NCBI RefSeq assembly: GCF_004010195.1
Contig: NC_057719.1
Span: 66,882,764-66,946,763 of the forward strand
DNA: 64,000 bases
DNA from: Chiloscyllium plagiosum
Lineage: Eukaryota
Direction of reading: 5' to 3'
Below are positions 52,448 through 64,000 of the stretch, piece after piece. Made by a program: the position numbers and the translations under genes. The notes under the pieces were generated by a model. It was not told where the DNA came from. It did no database searches and was given only the letters and a program-made list of their open reading frames with translations. The first letter of the stretch is position 1, and each line of letters opens with the position of its first letter.

Positions 52448-53096
52448 ATTTAAATTGGACTTAGTCTTCACAAGATTCTGCAGTATTCACCCCTACCGAT
52501 ACAGTCATAGCCATCATAGTTGTGTTTTTACTCATTCATGGAATATGGGCAATGTTGACTAGACCACCAGCTACTGTTGATTCCTAAATGTATCATGGTG
52601 AGCCATTTTCTTGAATTACACAGTCCTTGGATATAGATATACCACATTGCTGTTAGGAATGGATTCTAGGATTTTACTAAGCGACTATGCAGGAATGATG
52701 ATATGGTCCCAAGTGAGGATGGTGTGTGGCTTTCAGGGGAACTTGTAGGTGGTAAGGTCTCCATAAACCTGCTGTCCTTGTGCTTCTTGGTTACATGTTT
52801 GGAAGGTGATCTTAAAGGTCCCTTGCTGAGTTTCTGCAATACGTCTTGAAGGTGGAATACACTGCCAACAGTTCTGAAAGGAGCGAATTCTGACAGTGGT
52901 GAATAGGATGCCAATCGAGCGAGCTGCTTTGTCCCAGATGGTGTCAAGCTTCTTGAGTGTTGTTGGAGCCACATTCATCAAGGAAGTGGGGAATATTCCA
53001 ACAGATTACTGACTTCTCCCTTGTAGATGGTGAACAGGCTCGGGAGTCAGGAGGTGAGTTACTTGCCTCAGGATTCTTACGGTCTGATCTTCTCTT

Positions 53097-53995
53097 ACAA
53101 CAAGACTTGGACAATATCAAGGCTTGGGCTGACAAGTGCCAAGTAACATTGGCACTACCCAAATGCTGCCTGACCTGCTGTGCTTTTCCAGTACCACACT
53201 CTCGACTCTGATCTCCAGCATCTGCAGTCCTCATTCTCTCCTAAATGTCAGGCCATGACCATCATGAGTAGATCACAATCTAACCACCAGGCCTTGACAT
53301 TCAATGGTGTTACCATCAATGAATCAACCACTATCAACTTCCTGGGGTGTACCAATGACCAGAAACTCACATAAACACAGTAGCTACAATAGCAGGTCAG
53401 AGGCTAGGAATACTGCGGTGAGTGACTCACCTCGTGACTCCCCAAAAGCCCATCCATCAAGGCACAAGTCAGGAGTGTGATAGAATACTCCCCACCTGCC
53501 CAGATGGGTACAATTCCAACAACACTCAAGAAACTTGACACTATTCGGACAAAGCAGCCCACTCCATTGGTACTACATGCACAAGCAGCCACTCCTTCCA
53601 TCACCGATGCTCAGTAGCTGCAGTTTGTATTATCTATAAGATGCACTGCAGAATTCACCAAAGATTCTCAGACATCACCTTCCAAACCCACAGCCACTCC
53701 CATCGAGAAGGACAACAGCAGCAGACACATGGAAACATGGGAACATGACACCTTCAACATTCCCTCCAAGCCACTGATCATCCTAACTTGCAAATGTATC
53801 GCTATTCCTTCACTGTCGCTGGGTTAAAATCCTGGAATTCCTTCCTTAAAGGCATTATGGGTCAACTCACAGCAGGTGGACTGCAGCTGTTCAAGAAAGC
53901 AGTTTACCACCATCTTCTCAAGAGCAACTAGGGACAGGCAATAAATGCTAGCCAGCCAGCAATGCTCACATCTCATAAATGAATAATAATTTTAA
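53097..53995 (+). mobile_element. Same-family LINE 3' portion inserted in opposite orientation; contains an ~80-bp family-A Penelope end (53163-53241)
   Basis: LQQDLDNIKAWADKCQVTLA..KCQAMTI; tail ttcaagaaagcagtttaccaccatcttctcaag...aataaatgctagccagcc. Confidence 0.75.
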
Positions 53996-56444
53996 AAAAG
54001 CCTCCATATTTCTTTCTTTCTGGTCAATGGTAACTCACAATATGTTAATAGTGGGGGAATTCAATGATGCCTTGAATGTTAAGGGGTGAAGCTTAGATTC
54101 TATTTTGTTGAACATGGTCATTGTCTGGCACCTTTGTGATGCAAGTACCACTTGCCACTTATCAAACCAAACCTGGGTGCTGTCCAGGTCTTACTGCATT
54201 TGGCCATAGACTGCTTCAGTATCTGAGGAATTACAAATGGTGCTGAACATTGTGCAATCATTACAAACATCCCCATTTCTGACCTGATGAGGAGGGAGGG
54301 TCATTGATGAAGCAGCTGAAAAAGATTGGGCTTAGGACGCTTTCCTGAGGAACTCCTGCAGAGGTATCCCGAAGCTAAGATGATTAACTTCCAATAACTC
54401 CAACCTTCTTCTTTTGTGCAAAGTATGACTTCAACCAGCAGGGAATTTCCTCCTGTTTCCTGGTAGCTCCAGTTTTTGAAGGGTCCTTGATAGCATACAT
54501 GCAGCCTTGATATCAAGGGCAGCTATTCTGACACATCTGCTGTAGTTCAACTCTTTTCTCCAAGGCTGTAAAGAGGTCAGGAGCTGACTGGCACAGGCAG
54601 GACCCAAATTGAATATCAGTGGTCAGATCATTGCTCAGCAAGTGTCGCTTGATAACACTATCAATTACCCTTCCATCACCTTGCTGATGATTGAGAGTTG
54701 ACTAAAGGGGTAGCAGTTGGACTGGTTGAATTTGACCTCCTTTCCATGTCTAGAACATGCCTGGAATATGTTTCATATTAGTCGGTAGATGCCAATGTTG
54801 TAGCAGTGCTGGAAGTGCTCGGCTAGGGGTGTAGCTAGTTCTGGAGCACAAGTGTTCAATGCAATTTATGTTGCAATGTTTTTGGAATGTAAAAGCTTTG
54901 TAATTCATGTCCTTTATCCATTTCTAGATGTCAATTAGAGTTAATTGAATTGGTTGAAAACTAATACCTCTGATGCTGGGGATCTTTGGAAGAGGTAGAA
55001 ATGAATCATCTAATCAGCACTTCTGGCTGAAGGTGGATGCAAGTTCTTCAGCCTTGTCTCTTGCACTAATTTGCTGGGCTCACCCATCATTTAGAATGGA
55101 AGTATTTGTGTAATTTAATTCCTTCTGTTAGTTGTATAATTGTCTACAAACAGTGGGAACCTTAAATGGCAGGATTTCAAATCTTACATCTGATTTGTTT
55201 ACCCTTGACTTTTACATATTTGTTCCATTGTTTCATATGTAAATAGACCTGTACTGTAACTTCACCAGGTTGGTACCCCTTTTATCAATGAGCAGGGCCC
55301 TAACCTAATAATGCCCTCTTGCACACTCCCCGAACTAGACTTGATCTTCTGGTGTCGTGGAAATGACAGAGAAGAGGATATGCCAGTTAAAAGCTTAGAT
55401 ATTGTGGTTGAATACAATGCTTGTTTAACGGATGGCCCACAGTGCCCCGTGGATGCCCAGTTTGGAATCACTAGATGTGTTTAAGATCTGTGCTATTTAG
55501 CACAGTAGTAGTGGCATCCTGATGGAGGATGTCCTCAATATGATGATAGAACATTTTCTGCAATAGGACTATGATCACTCCTGTCAATATGGACATGCAG
55601 ATTTGTAAACATGAGATCAAGTAGATTTTTTTGCCTCTTATTTGTTCCCACACCACCTTCCACGGACCCAAGTCCAACAGCTATGTCCTTTAGGACTCCA
55701 TTAGTCCAGTCACTTCTAGTCCTATCGAGATACTCATGGTTATGGATTTTGAAATCAATCACATAGATTACATTCTGTTTCTTTGCTAAGCTAAGTGCTT
55801 CATCCAGCTGCAGTTCAACATGAGGATCACTGATTCATTAGCTGAAGGGTGGGCCAGATGGGTAGTCTGTGGTACTCAACAAGAGGTTTCCTTGTTCATA
55901 TTTGAGCTGATACAATTTTACAGGGTTCAGAGTGAATGTTGAGGACTCCCAGGACAATTCCTGCCTGATTGAATATCACTTGCTGTCACTTCTAATGCCC
56001 TGATGGTGGGACAGGACATCAAATGATGATGTGGGCGTCTAGGACAATATACATAAGATATGATTTCATGAGTATTACTGTATCAGGCTGTTGGTTGACT
56101 CATCTGTTCAATCATTCTCATGATTTTGGCACAGCCCCAGGTATAAGTTAGGAGTACTTTGCACGGTTGAATGCCTAAATTTGCCATTATTGTGTCTGGT
56201 GACTAGATTGATGCTCGATAACCTGTCAAATTTAATTCCTTCCTTTAGACTTTGTATCAGTTTGATACAACTGAGTGGATTGCTAGGCCACATCAGAAGT
56301 CATTTAAGAGTCAATCACATAGATGTAGGTCTAGAGGTAAGCTTAGCAGATTTCCTCCTCTAAGGGACAGATGAGCTTTTACAACAATTTACAAAGTCTA
56401 AATGGTCGTCATTAAGCTAATATTAATCTCGGATTTTTATTGAA

Positions 56445-56632
56445 TCCCCGGACACTATGGACAATTTTAGTATGGTAATTTCCACCTAATCTGCATATCT
56501 TTGGATTGTGGGAGGAAACCCATGCATACACAGGGAGAACATGCAAACTGCACATGGACAGACACCCAAGGGCTAGAATCGAACCTGGCTCCTTGGTGCT
56601 GTGAGGCAGCAGTGCTAACCACCGAGCCATCA
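56445..56632 (-). mobile_element. HE1/V-SINE fragment
   Basis: gggaggaaacccatgcatacacagggagaacatgcaaactgcaca...gaggcagcagtgctaaccaccgagcc. Confidence 0.85.
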
Positions 56633-57249
56633 TTTCAACCCACCCATGGGGTCAGTTAAGTTTTTCCCACCTGTTGGTTCTCTCACCACCTGCTATAGAC
56701 CCAGTCTTTCAGATGCATCCTTTCGGACTCAGTCAGCTGAGTCAGCAATGCTACTAAGCTAGTGGTGATGGCCATTGAAGTTCCCCAACCAGAATACATT
56801 CTGTGCCCATATTATCTTCAGTGCTTCTTCTAAGTGGTGCTCAACATGGAAGAATTTTGATTCATCAGCTATGAGGTGGTGCAAAGTGGCATTCAGTGGG
56901 ATCCATATTTGACTTTTGGAATGAGAATTCATGGGGACGAGAATCAATGTTGAAGATTCCCAGAGTAATTCCTTCCACTAAATACCAGTGTGCTACTATT
57001 TGTGCAGGTTATCCTGTCACTGAGACAGAATACTCCCAGGCATGACAATGATGATGTCTGAATGGTTTGGTATGAATGTAAGGAATGGTTTGGTTAGTGT
57101 GACTACGTCAGGCAGTTCGTTAACTAGTCTGCTGGACAGCTCTTCTCCAATTTTGGGACAAGCCTCCATAAGGTTAATAGGACTTTGTTGACAGGGTTGA
57201 CAATGTTGACAGCATTGGTGTGTTGTTCTTGTTTCTGGTGCTTAAAGTT

Positions 57250-57465
57250 ATAGAGTGACAGAAACAGACTCTTCAATCCAATTCATCCGTGTCGATCAGA
57301 CATCCCAATCTGACGTAGTCCCATTTGCCAGCATTTGTCCGATATCCCTCTATATCTTTCCTATCCATGTACCCATCCAAATTTCTTTTAAATGTTGTAA
57401 TTCTACACAGTTCAACCTCTGATAACTTGTTCCATACACGCACCACCCTCTGTGTGCAAAAGTTG
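57250..57465 (-). mobile_element. CR1/HER1-type LINE 3' end
   Basis: FCTQRVVRVWNKLSE...ITTFKRNLDGYMD (ORF 57273-57650). Confidence 0.85.
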
Positions 57466-60418
57466 TAAATTCCACCAGCCTTGGTGAACCTGTGTCTCCA
57501 GAGGATTAAACGGGGTCGTTGGATTATTACAACTAATGAGCTGGCTAGCTCATCTGGCCAGATGGCTAGTGTCTGCAGATATGATTTCAATTCCATCCAA
57601 GGTGGATGAGGGCTGTACCTTCTTGTCCTGTTTCTAGAAGTAGAAAGCACTGATGAACCACCATTGAAATGACCAACAAACTAAATCAGGATGATATGTC
57701 AATAAGTCAAGGGAATTACCCTTAGACAAAGTACACATAACATGAATATTATTGCTACACCGCCATCCCATCAAATATATCTGGCAAAGGCTTTAAATAA
57801 CTCATCCCTAACATACAAAGGAATCATGGTGCTGGGCATTGGATGATATTAAGACCTGCGTGTTTGATCATAATTAGTTAATTCTGCCAACACATTGCCA
57901 AAATTCACAAGCCGCCTCATTGTGTGATGTAGATGAATTTTCCAATGAAATGCAAAAGCGTGTGATCTTAATGGTGTCATAAACTATTGGGAGTGAAAGA
58001 TCTATTAAGAACACTCATGTATTTTCTTTTTATATTCAGTTTGTGTTACTAAAGTCAGATTGGCTCTTTGTGCACCACAGAACCCTGCTGCAGCATGCAT
58101 TTTCTTGTCATTTCAGTTTCATAGTTTAAAATGTGTAATGTAGATAGAAAGATAAAAAGCTTCTATCACGAGCATTTTACAGACTTGCAAGATTGTTTAT
58201 CTCACGAGCAGTTCATAACTGATCTGCAAATTGTTTTGCTGTGATTTTGCAGTCAGTTTTAACAGTAGTAAAAGCAGTTTATAACCAGCACTACCTCTTC
58301 AACATTTATCTCTTCCCGTATCTCTCTCTTACTGGTTATATGCTGTCAAACTGCTTGTCTAATGTTCAACTCGGGGATGAGTTGCAATTCTTTAGCAAAC
58401 TTTTGGGAAGACTGAAATCATCTTTAGCTCTTACCACAAAAAATTGAAGCATTCTGGGATTACTTAGGACAATGTGGAATCTTAAATCCCAAAGTCACCC
58501 TTTTGTTTCAGGCACATCAATAAGAAGGAGCTGGGAAATGCTGACATTAGTCTCTATGATGACCTCCAGATGAATGCAAAATAAGTGTTTCATCTATTTT
58601 TGCACATCCACAGCAAACCCCAAATATATATGCAAATGGATCTTCCAGACGTGCTTTAGTATTCTGAGTAGCACCCATTAAAGGAGCAATACAATTGTAA
58701 GTTGCTGTTGCTCTTGGCCAAGTGTCAGTGGCACTTTTAATGAAATCAAGATAAATTGAATTTAAGTGAAACATAGAACTTAAATCTAGTCCATCACTTG
58801 AACTATCTGGGAACAATGCTTTGAAGAGCCTTAGTTGATAAGGGTAAAGAGTTAAGGAGAAACAAAATGACTGACTGATAAATACATAGATTTGAAGAGG
58901 AAAGCTTTCCTGCTGTGCTGCTACACATCAGAGCTACCCTTAGAAGTCCTGGGTTCAAGCCACCTTTGGAAATTGAGACGTACACAGGTTCCAGTCGCTA
59001 CTTATTTGTGGGAATAATGCACTACTTGGCCTAACACACGCAGAGCCTAAATGTCACATCTCCAAATGAAGCTTCTGAGTAGTGTACCTTGCTTTGATGT
59101 ATCCAGCTCTTTGAGAGGAGGGATCAATAATGTTTGACAGAAGAGACCTACATCACGCACACTCTGAACTTTAACAGCAAGTTGATGATTGCATACATTT
59201 TGGCCATTAGAATGCCAAGACTATCTTTGTTTAAAACGTAAGAGTAAACCATACAGTGTAATGAACAAGCCTTTAGATCTTTAACAGTAAACTTGAATTC
59301 TCGTTTTAGTGCATTCTGCTTTCTGCATGAGTAATTTTCATGGGTAAGCCAATCTAGCCACAGACAGCAGCTATTTATTCTATCTATATTTTAGTGGTTT
59401 ATTTGACAGAACATGTGGCTTAGTTCCAATTACTAAGTGCAGGTATAAATTCATTAAGACACACAAAATTGTTCATATATGTACCGAAATTTAAACAAGT
59501 GTTGTCTCATCTAAAAATGCCATTGCATGTAACAAAACTATATTAAGCAACCAAAAAAAGAAATATATTCCTACGCCCAGTTCATGCTGTTTCTGTTTGT
59601 TCAGCCAAGCAAAAACGAAATTTTACATCTTCCTTTCCCCATGTTTAGCTGTTTCGGTGCAGTCCCCAGCATACCATATTTTGTGAACAACTAATGTTGC
59701 TGCTCCACTCAGCACACCCCAGAGCGTTTTGGTAATAATTTTGAGGGATTGGCTGACAATAACTTATATTGCAATCCCACAACGGACTAAATGATAATTA
59801 TTGTTGACAATAATGCTCCTGTCATGTAATGTTGGGGAGAAAATAATATATTTCCCCTCAAAAGAAACATATCTCAAATTTTTCTTCATATATTTTGATT
59901 AGCATGGTGGAAGATTATAAAGAAACAGTATTGGGGTGTCTGTGCATGCCTGACTGTGCCTGCACGTGCACTTATGTGGAAAAACTGGGAATATTGTATC
60001 GGTAAAAAACAGCAAGTTACTGTGCAATGTGTATCATTCACAGACAGCAGTGTCCAAATTAGAATGGAGAGACCAGTGATTAAGACAGTTGCCGAACAAC
60101 TCCCAGCATATCGGATTTTCTCCATTTTGAGCATTTACTATTTAGATGTAGCAGAGACTTCTGCCAAAGTGAGACAGGGAAAAGACCTGCATATTAGAGG
60201 CCTATGTTGAAATTAAGAGCATGATACAATTTAATTACAAGATATTTTAGTATCATTAATTGTCAGAGTGCTAACCTTCAATCATGTTTCTGGGCTAGAA
60301 AAATGCATTGAAAATGAAGTAATTTTTCCATTTTTGATATCGTTTACTAACAACAAGGAACAAAAATGTTTCCTTAGATTCCATGAGGAACCTTTGGACC
60401 AACATTATACAGGTAGTA

Positions 60419-60567
60419 TAATTCAATACAACAGAGGAACAGGCTCTTTGGCCCACCTACTCCTTATTTAGACCTGCTACTTATTGCCCATGCACAGTTT
60501 CTATTCCTCTTTTGCCTATTATTGATGTGACTATCAAGATACGCTTTAAACATTGCTAATGTGTTTT
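60419..60567 (-). mobile_element. CR1-type LINE extreme 3' end directly fused to the 5S copy
   Basis: Minus strand ACATTAGCAATGTTTAAAGCGTATCTTGATAGTCAC (TLAMFKAYLDSH, compare TIATFKRHLDGY) then GGGCCAAAGAGCCTGTTCCTCTGTTGTA tail. Confidence 0.65.
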
Positions 60568-60691
60568 AAGCCTACTGCACCTGATATTCATAGGCTGTCT
60601 CCCATCCAAGTACTAACCAGGTGTAAGTCTGCTTAGCTTCTAAGGTGAGACAAGATCGAGAGTTCTTTTTCAGATTAATATGACTGTATGC
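60568..60691 (-). pseudogene. Full-length degenerate 5S rRNA copy
   Basis: + strand AAGCCTACTGCACCTGATATTCATAGGCTGTCTCCCATCCAAGTACTAACCAGG...TGCTTAGCTTC...AGATCG...TATGACTGTATGC aligns end to end with the reverse complement of vertebrate 5S rRNA; many substitutions. Confidence 0.9.
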
Positions 60692-61084
60692 ATTGCCTTA
60701 CATTTCCAACTCATCCTTCTGAAGAACATAACTGTCTGACAGGAGCAATTCGTTTTTGTCCTTGATGCTGACCTTGGGTCACCCAAAGCTAGCATCTGTC
60801 ACCGAGCACCAGCTCAGACAGGATATGGGCCCATTCCAGGGCAAATCTGGCCAGAGCTGGTTTCCCTTGACCTTGGACATCACCCATCTGACTTCTGCCA
60901 GGTTTTAAAGTCAGGCCAGTTCAAAATAATATCAACCCCATAATTGCTCTATCCCCACCTATGAGATGTAACTGGAGTCAGGATAATTCACTGTTAGATA
61001 TATGCTGCATTTGGTCAAGCTGTCCAAGCGAATACTATCATATTTGTAATTGCTGCAGACATGGCCTTGTTCATTCTACTGGAG

Positions 61085-61293
61085 GAGAAAGTGAGGTCTG
61101 CAGATGCTGGAGATCAGAGATGGAAATGTGTTGCTGGAAAAGCGCAGCAGGTCAGGCAGCATCTAGGGAACAGGAGAATCGACGTTTCGGGCATTAGCCC
61201 TTCTTCAGGAAGGGCTAATGCCCGAAACGTCGATTCTCCTGTTCCCTAGATGCTGCCTGACCTGCTGCGCTTTTCCAGCATCACATTTCCATC
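61085..61293. mobile_element. Young near-perfect palindromic Penelope-like terminal insertion (family A) with 14-bp TSD
   Basis: Arms 61117-61203 and 61209-61295 pair at 86/87 positions with a 5-nt loop; TSD TCATTCTACTGGAG at 61071-61084 and 61294-61307. Confidence 0.92.
61179..61210 (-). ncRNA. Minimal hammerhead ribozyme motif, core intact
   Basis: Minus strand TC-CTGAAGA-A-GGGC-TAAT-GCCC-GAAA-C-GTC-GA. Confidence 0.7.
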
Positions 61294-61399
61294 TCATTCT
61301 ACTGGAGAGCAAGCCCTCAAGCATCTTATTACTATTCGGAAAAAGTGACACTGCATATCAAATGGGGTTAAGATTGTTTGTGGTATATGTCAGTTAGAA

Positions 61400-62136
61400 C
61401 ACAGGACTTATACAATTAATAGTAGGACCCTGGGGAGTGTTGCCGAACAAAGAGACCTAGATAATTCCCTGAAAGTGAAGTCACAGGTAGACAGGGTGGT
61501 GAAAAAAGCATTTGGCACACTTGCCTTTGTTGGTCAGAACATTGAATGTAGATGTTGGGATACCATGTTGTGGCTGAAAAGGACATTGGTGAGACGACTT
61601 TTAGAATACTGCGTACAATTCTGGTCACTCTTCTATAGGAATGATGTTGGTAAACTTGTTTGCAGAAAAGATTTACAATGATGTTGCCAAGACTGGAGAG
61701 TTTGTGTTATATGAAGAGGCTGAATAGGCTGGGGCTTTTTTCTCTGGAGCATTGGAGTGAAGGATGAGTTTATAGAAGTTTATAAAATCATGGGGGGGCA
61801 TAGAAAAGGTAAATAACCAAGGTCTTTTCCCCAGGTATAGGGGAAACCTAAAGAGCATAGATTTAAGTGAGAGGGGAAAGATTTAAAAGGGACCTGACAG
61901 GTAACTTCTTCATACAGAGGGCGGTCTGTGTGTAGAATGAGCTGCCAGAGGAAGTGATGGAAACAGGTATAATTACAATATTTAAAAGTCATCTGGATTG
62001 CTATACAAAGAGGAAGGGTTCAGAGGGAGATGGACCAAATGCTGGCAAATGGGTCTAGGTCAGATTGCAATGTCTCATTGGCGCGGATGAGCTGGACCAA
62101 AGGGTCTGTTTCCATGCTGTATGATTTTATGACTCC
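61400..62136 (+). mobile_element. CR1/HER1-type LINE 3' portion
   Basis: SQVDRVVKKAFGTLAFVGQNIE...TLVRRLLEYCVQFWS; tail gggtctgtttccatgctgtatgattttatgactc. Confidence 0.9.
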
Positions 62137-64000
62137 AAGACTGATAAGTTTGCCTGGAATTAATGAAGTATGATGCAAATTCAAATATTTTCCTCCACGT
62201 CACACAAATCAGACATCTCCCCATGACCAACAAATACATACTTGCAAGCTGTCACTGCATTGCCAGCTTTGTGTAGTCATTAGCCAATTGAAGCCTTTAA
62301 ATACCATAAAGGACAACTATCCCATGCTGCAAGACGTTTTCCCTGTATAGGCAAATCCTTGCACATCCTTGACCTGACCAAATCAAGTATACTATCTTCC
62401 TTGATTTATGTGGTGTCTAATCTCAGCCTTTGTGTGCCAATAATCCAATGTGCAAAATTTACCCTCTGAAATTTCTTTGTAACATAGTTATACCATTTAT
62501 TGGGTGTTTTGTAGACATGTCTGTTTCTCTGATTGAAAACAAAAGTTAACAACACGAACATTAACAAATATTTTCTCATAAAATGCTTACCTTTATGAAA
62601 TCCTTTCCTTTGCAAACATTTTATTGAATAATGACTTTTTGGCAAATTGGCAATCAATTCCCAAGAAGGTCTGAAAAATGTTGTTGATTAGTCAAGCCTT
62701 GCTGTATCAAAGTTTCCAAAATTAACTTTGATCCTATTTCTAAATATTTTGAACATTATTTTGTTGGCATTTCTGGAAGAAAAGAAAACAACTGTTTCAA
62801 TTGCTGATTAATGTTATTTCTTGTTTGTAAAACACTGAGAAAGTAACAAAAATAGTCAAGAGTTTCAAAAGGGATCCAGAATCTAAAGAATTTAAATTCT
62901 ATTAAGTGGTGTTTTAAGTGCATAGCTATATGCTCTATGTTTACACAGTTGTTTATTTTAAGTAGATTAATTTAAGTAAATTACCTCAGGGAGAACATTT
63001 ATGCAAGTATGTTAATCAGTGCACTCAAAACCATATTCAGCAAAATGGCCAGCTTATAAGTATGCAAAGTCAACTTCCCTCCGAACACAGAATTGGGTGC
63101 GACTCTTAGTGGTTGAAATGGCAACTGGGGCTCAGTGAAGAGAATTGGATTAGGCACTGGGATAAGGTGCTATCACTATCCAGAAAGCATGACCCCATGA
63201 TCACAACACCTTCGAAAGAAGAAGCAGTGAGGAAAGAAAATGAAAATTAGTAAAGAAACTTACAAATTTAAATCTGTAGATTTGAAAATAGCTTGAATAC
63301 ATTTGAATTTGATATAAAATGATATACTGAATAAAAAATGGTGACAATCAGGCATTGTTCAAGCTGATGTTATATAACAAAGGCAGAAATTATTTGTAAT
63401 ATACTTGTACTTTAAAATGTTATATTATAATCACATGAGATTTCCCATTACAAAGTACACGATTTATGTCTTGGTACCTGAAAAACATTCACTGTCCAGT
63501 CATTATACCAATCGCACTGATGTGTTCCTAAATGGTGTTCAAAAACAATTTTATCTGCACATCGATTGTCAGTACACTGATGAGATAACTACCTTCACAA
63601 TCTATGGTCTATAAATGTAAACTAGCATACACTTTCAGATTTAATTCTGAGCAAAATGCATCCTAAGTGGCACATTGACAATAGTTCTGGTTACCATAGC
63701 AGCTTGCTTTTTTTGTGTGACTACAATACTTGAGAATGCAAAGTGCTTTACACAATTGCAGTTCTTTCAAATTTTCAGCAACAGCCTCAGCTGAATTACA
63801 CCAAAGTTCAGCTTCTATGAACCTGGAAAGACATGGGGAGAGTTTGCGTGCCTTTTGCGGAACTGCAAGTCCCACACCAATGTTCAGAACAGGAGCCAGC
63901 TAGAAGTTTCATCTGAATGATGAGAGGGGAACAAAATGGCAATTGGTAAATGTTACCATGGTAATAAAAAGCAGCCATTCAAGCAACACACTGTGGCCTA

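Larger units (their letters stand above)
52527..57240 (-). mobile_element. Cluster of degenerate non-LTR retrotransposon fragments (same family as 44860-46370), with nested insertions
   Basis: APTTLKKLDTIWDKAA (52733-52981); endonuclease motifs KNLLDLMFTN...RSDHSPI (55535-55762) and HHLEEAL...WLGNFNGHH (56759-56947). Confidence 0.65.

Noticed and set aside
60378..60421. Possible RASGRP1 exon 3 (ccttAG then D-SMRNLWTNIIQVV*)
   Set aside because: Only vague similarity to DADGNLCRSNQLLQVM. It hits a stop after 14 codons and the expected MLTMHR continuation is absent, so the real exon 3 is probably beyond the window.
60568..60691. Functional 5S rRNA gene
   Set aside because: Single dispersed copy with many substitutions and no T-run terminator; fused to a LINE tail.
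1223..61293. Palindromes as CRISPR repeats, terminators or classical MITEs
   Set aside because: The context is eukaryotic and there is no repeat-spacer array. Arms are unequal, TSDs are 14-16 bp, and the same ends are attached to GIY-YIG ORFs at 5972-6650 and 31931-32650.

Overview
Eukaryotic, AT-rich, repeat-dense vertebrate DNA, most likely a shark or other cartilaginous fish (inferred from HE1/V-SINEs, CR1/HER1-type LINE tails and DeuSINE-like relics). The only host gene I can support is the 5' end of RASGRP1 on the + strand. A 32-nt first coding exon (31825-31856, absent from the ORF track) splices in phase to a 179-nt exon (41017-41195), giving [18 protein letters not shown]...[25 protein letters not shown] found no exon 3. 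Most other ORFs are retroelement fragments (CR1, L2, RTE, Penelope GIY-YIG) or noise. The most striking unexplained structure is a set of about 180-230 bp palindromic insertions, several with 14-16 bp target-site duplications. They are built from Penelope-like element ends and centred on minimal hammerhead-ribozyme motifs (CUGANGA / covarying stem II / GAAA / self-complementary stem III). Two longer copies link these ends to GIY-YIG endonuclease sequence. Also present are a full-length 5S rRNA copy fused to a CR1 tail, a Tigger-like MITE, a Harbinger transposase relic and several local duplications of unique sequence around RASGRP1. All family names come from recognition by eye, not from database searches.
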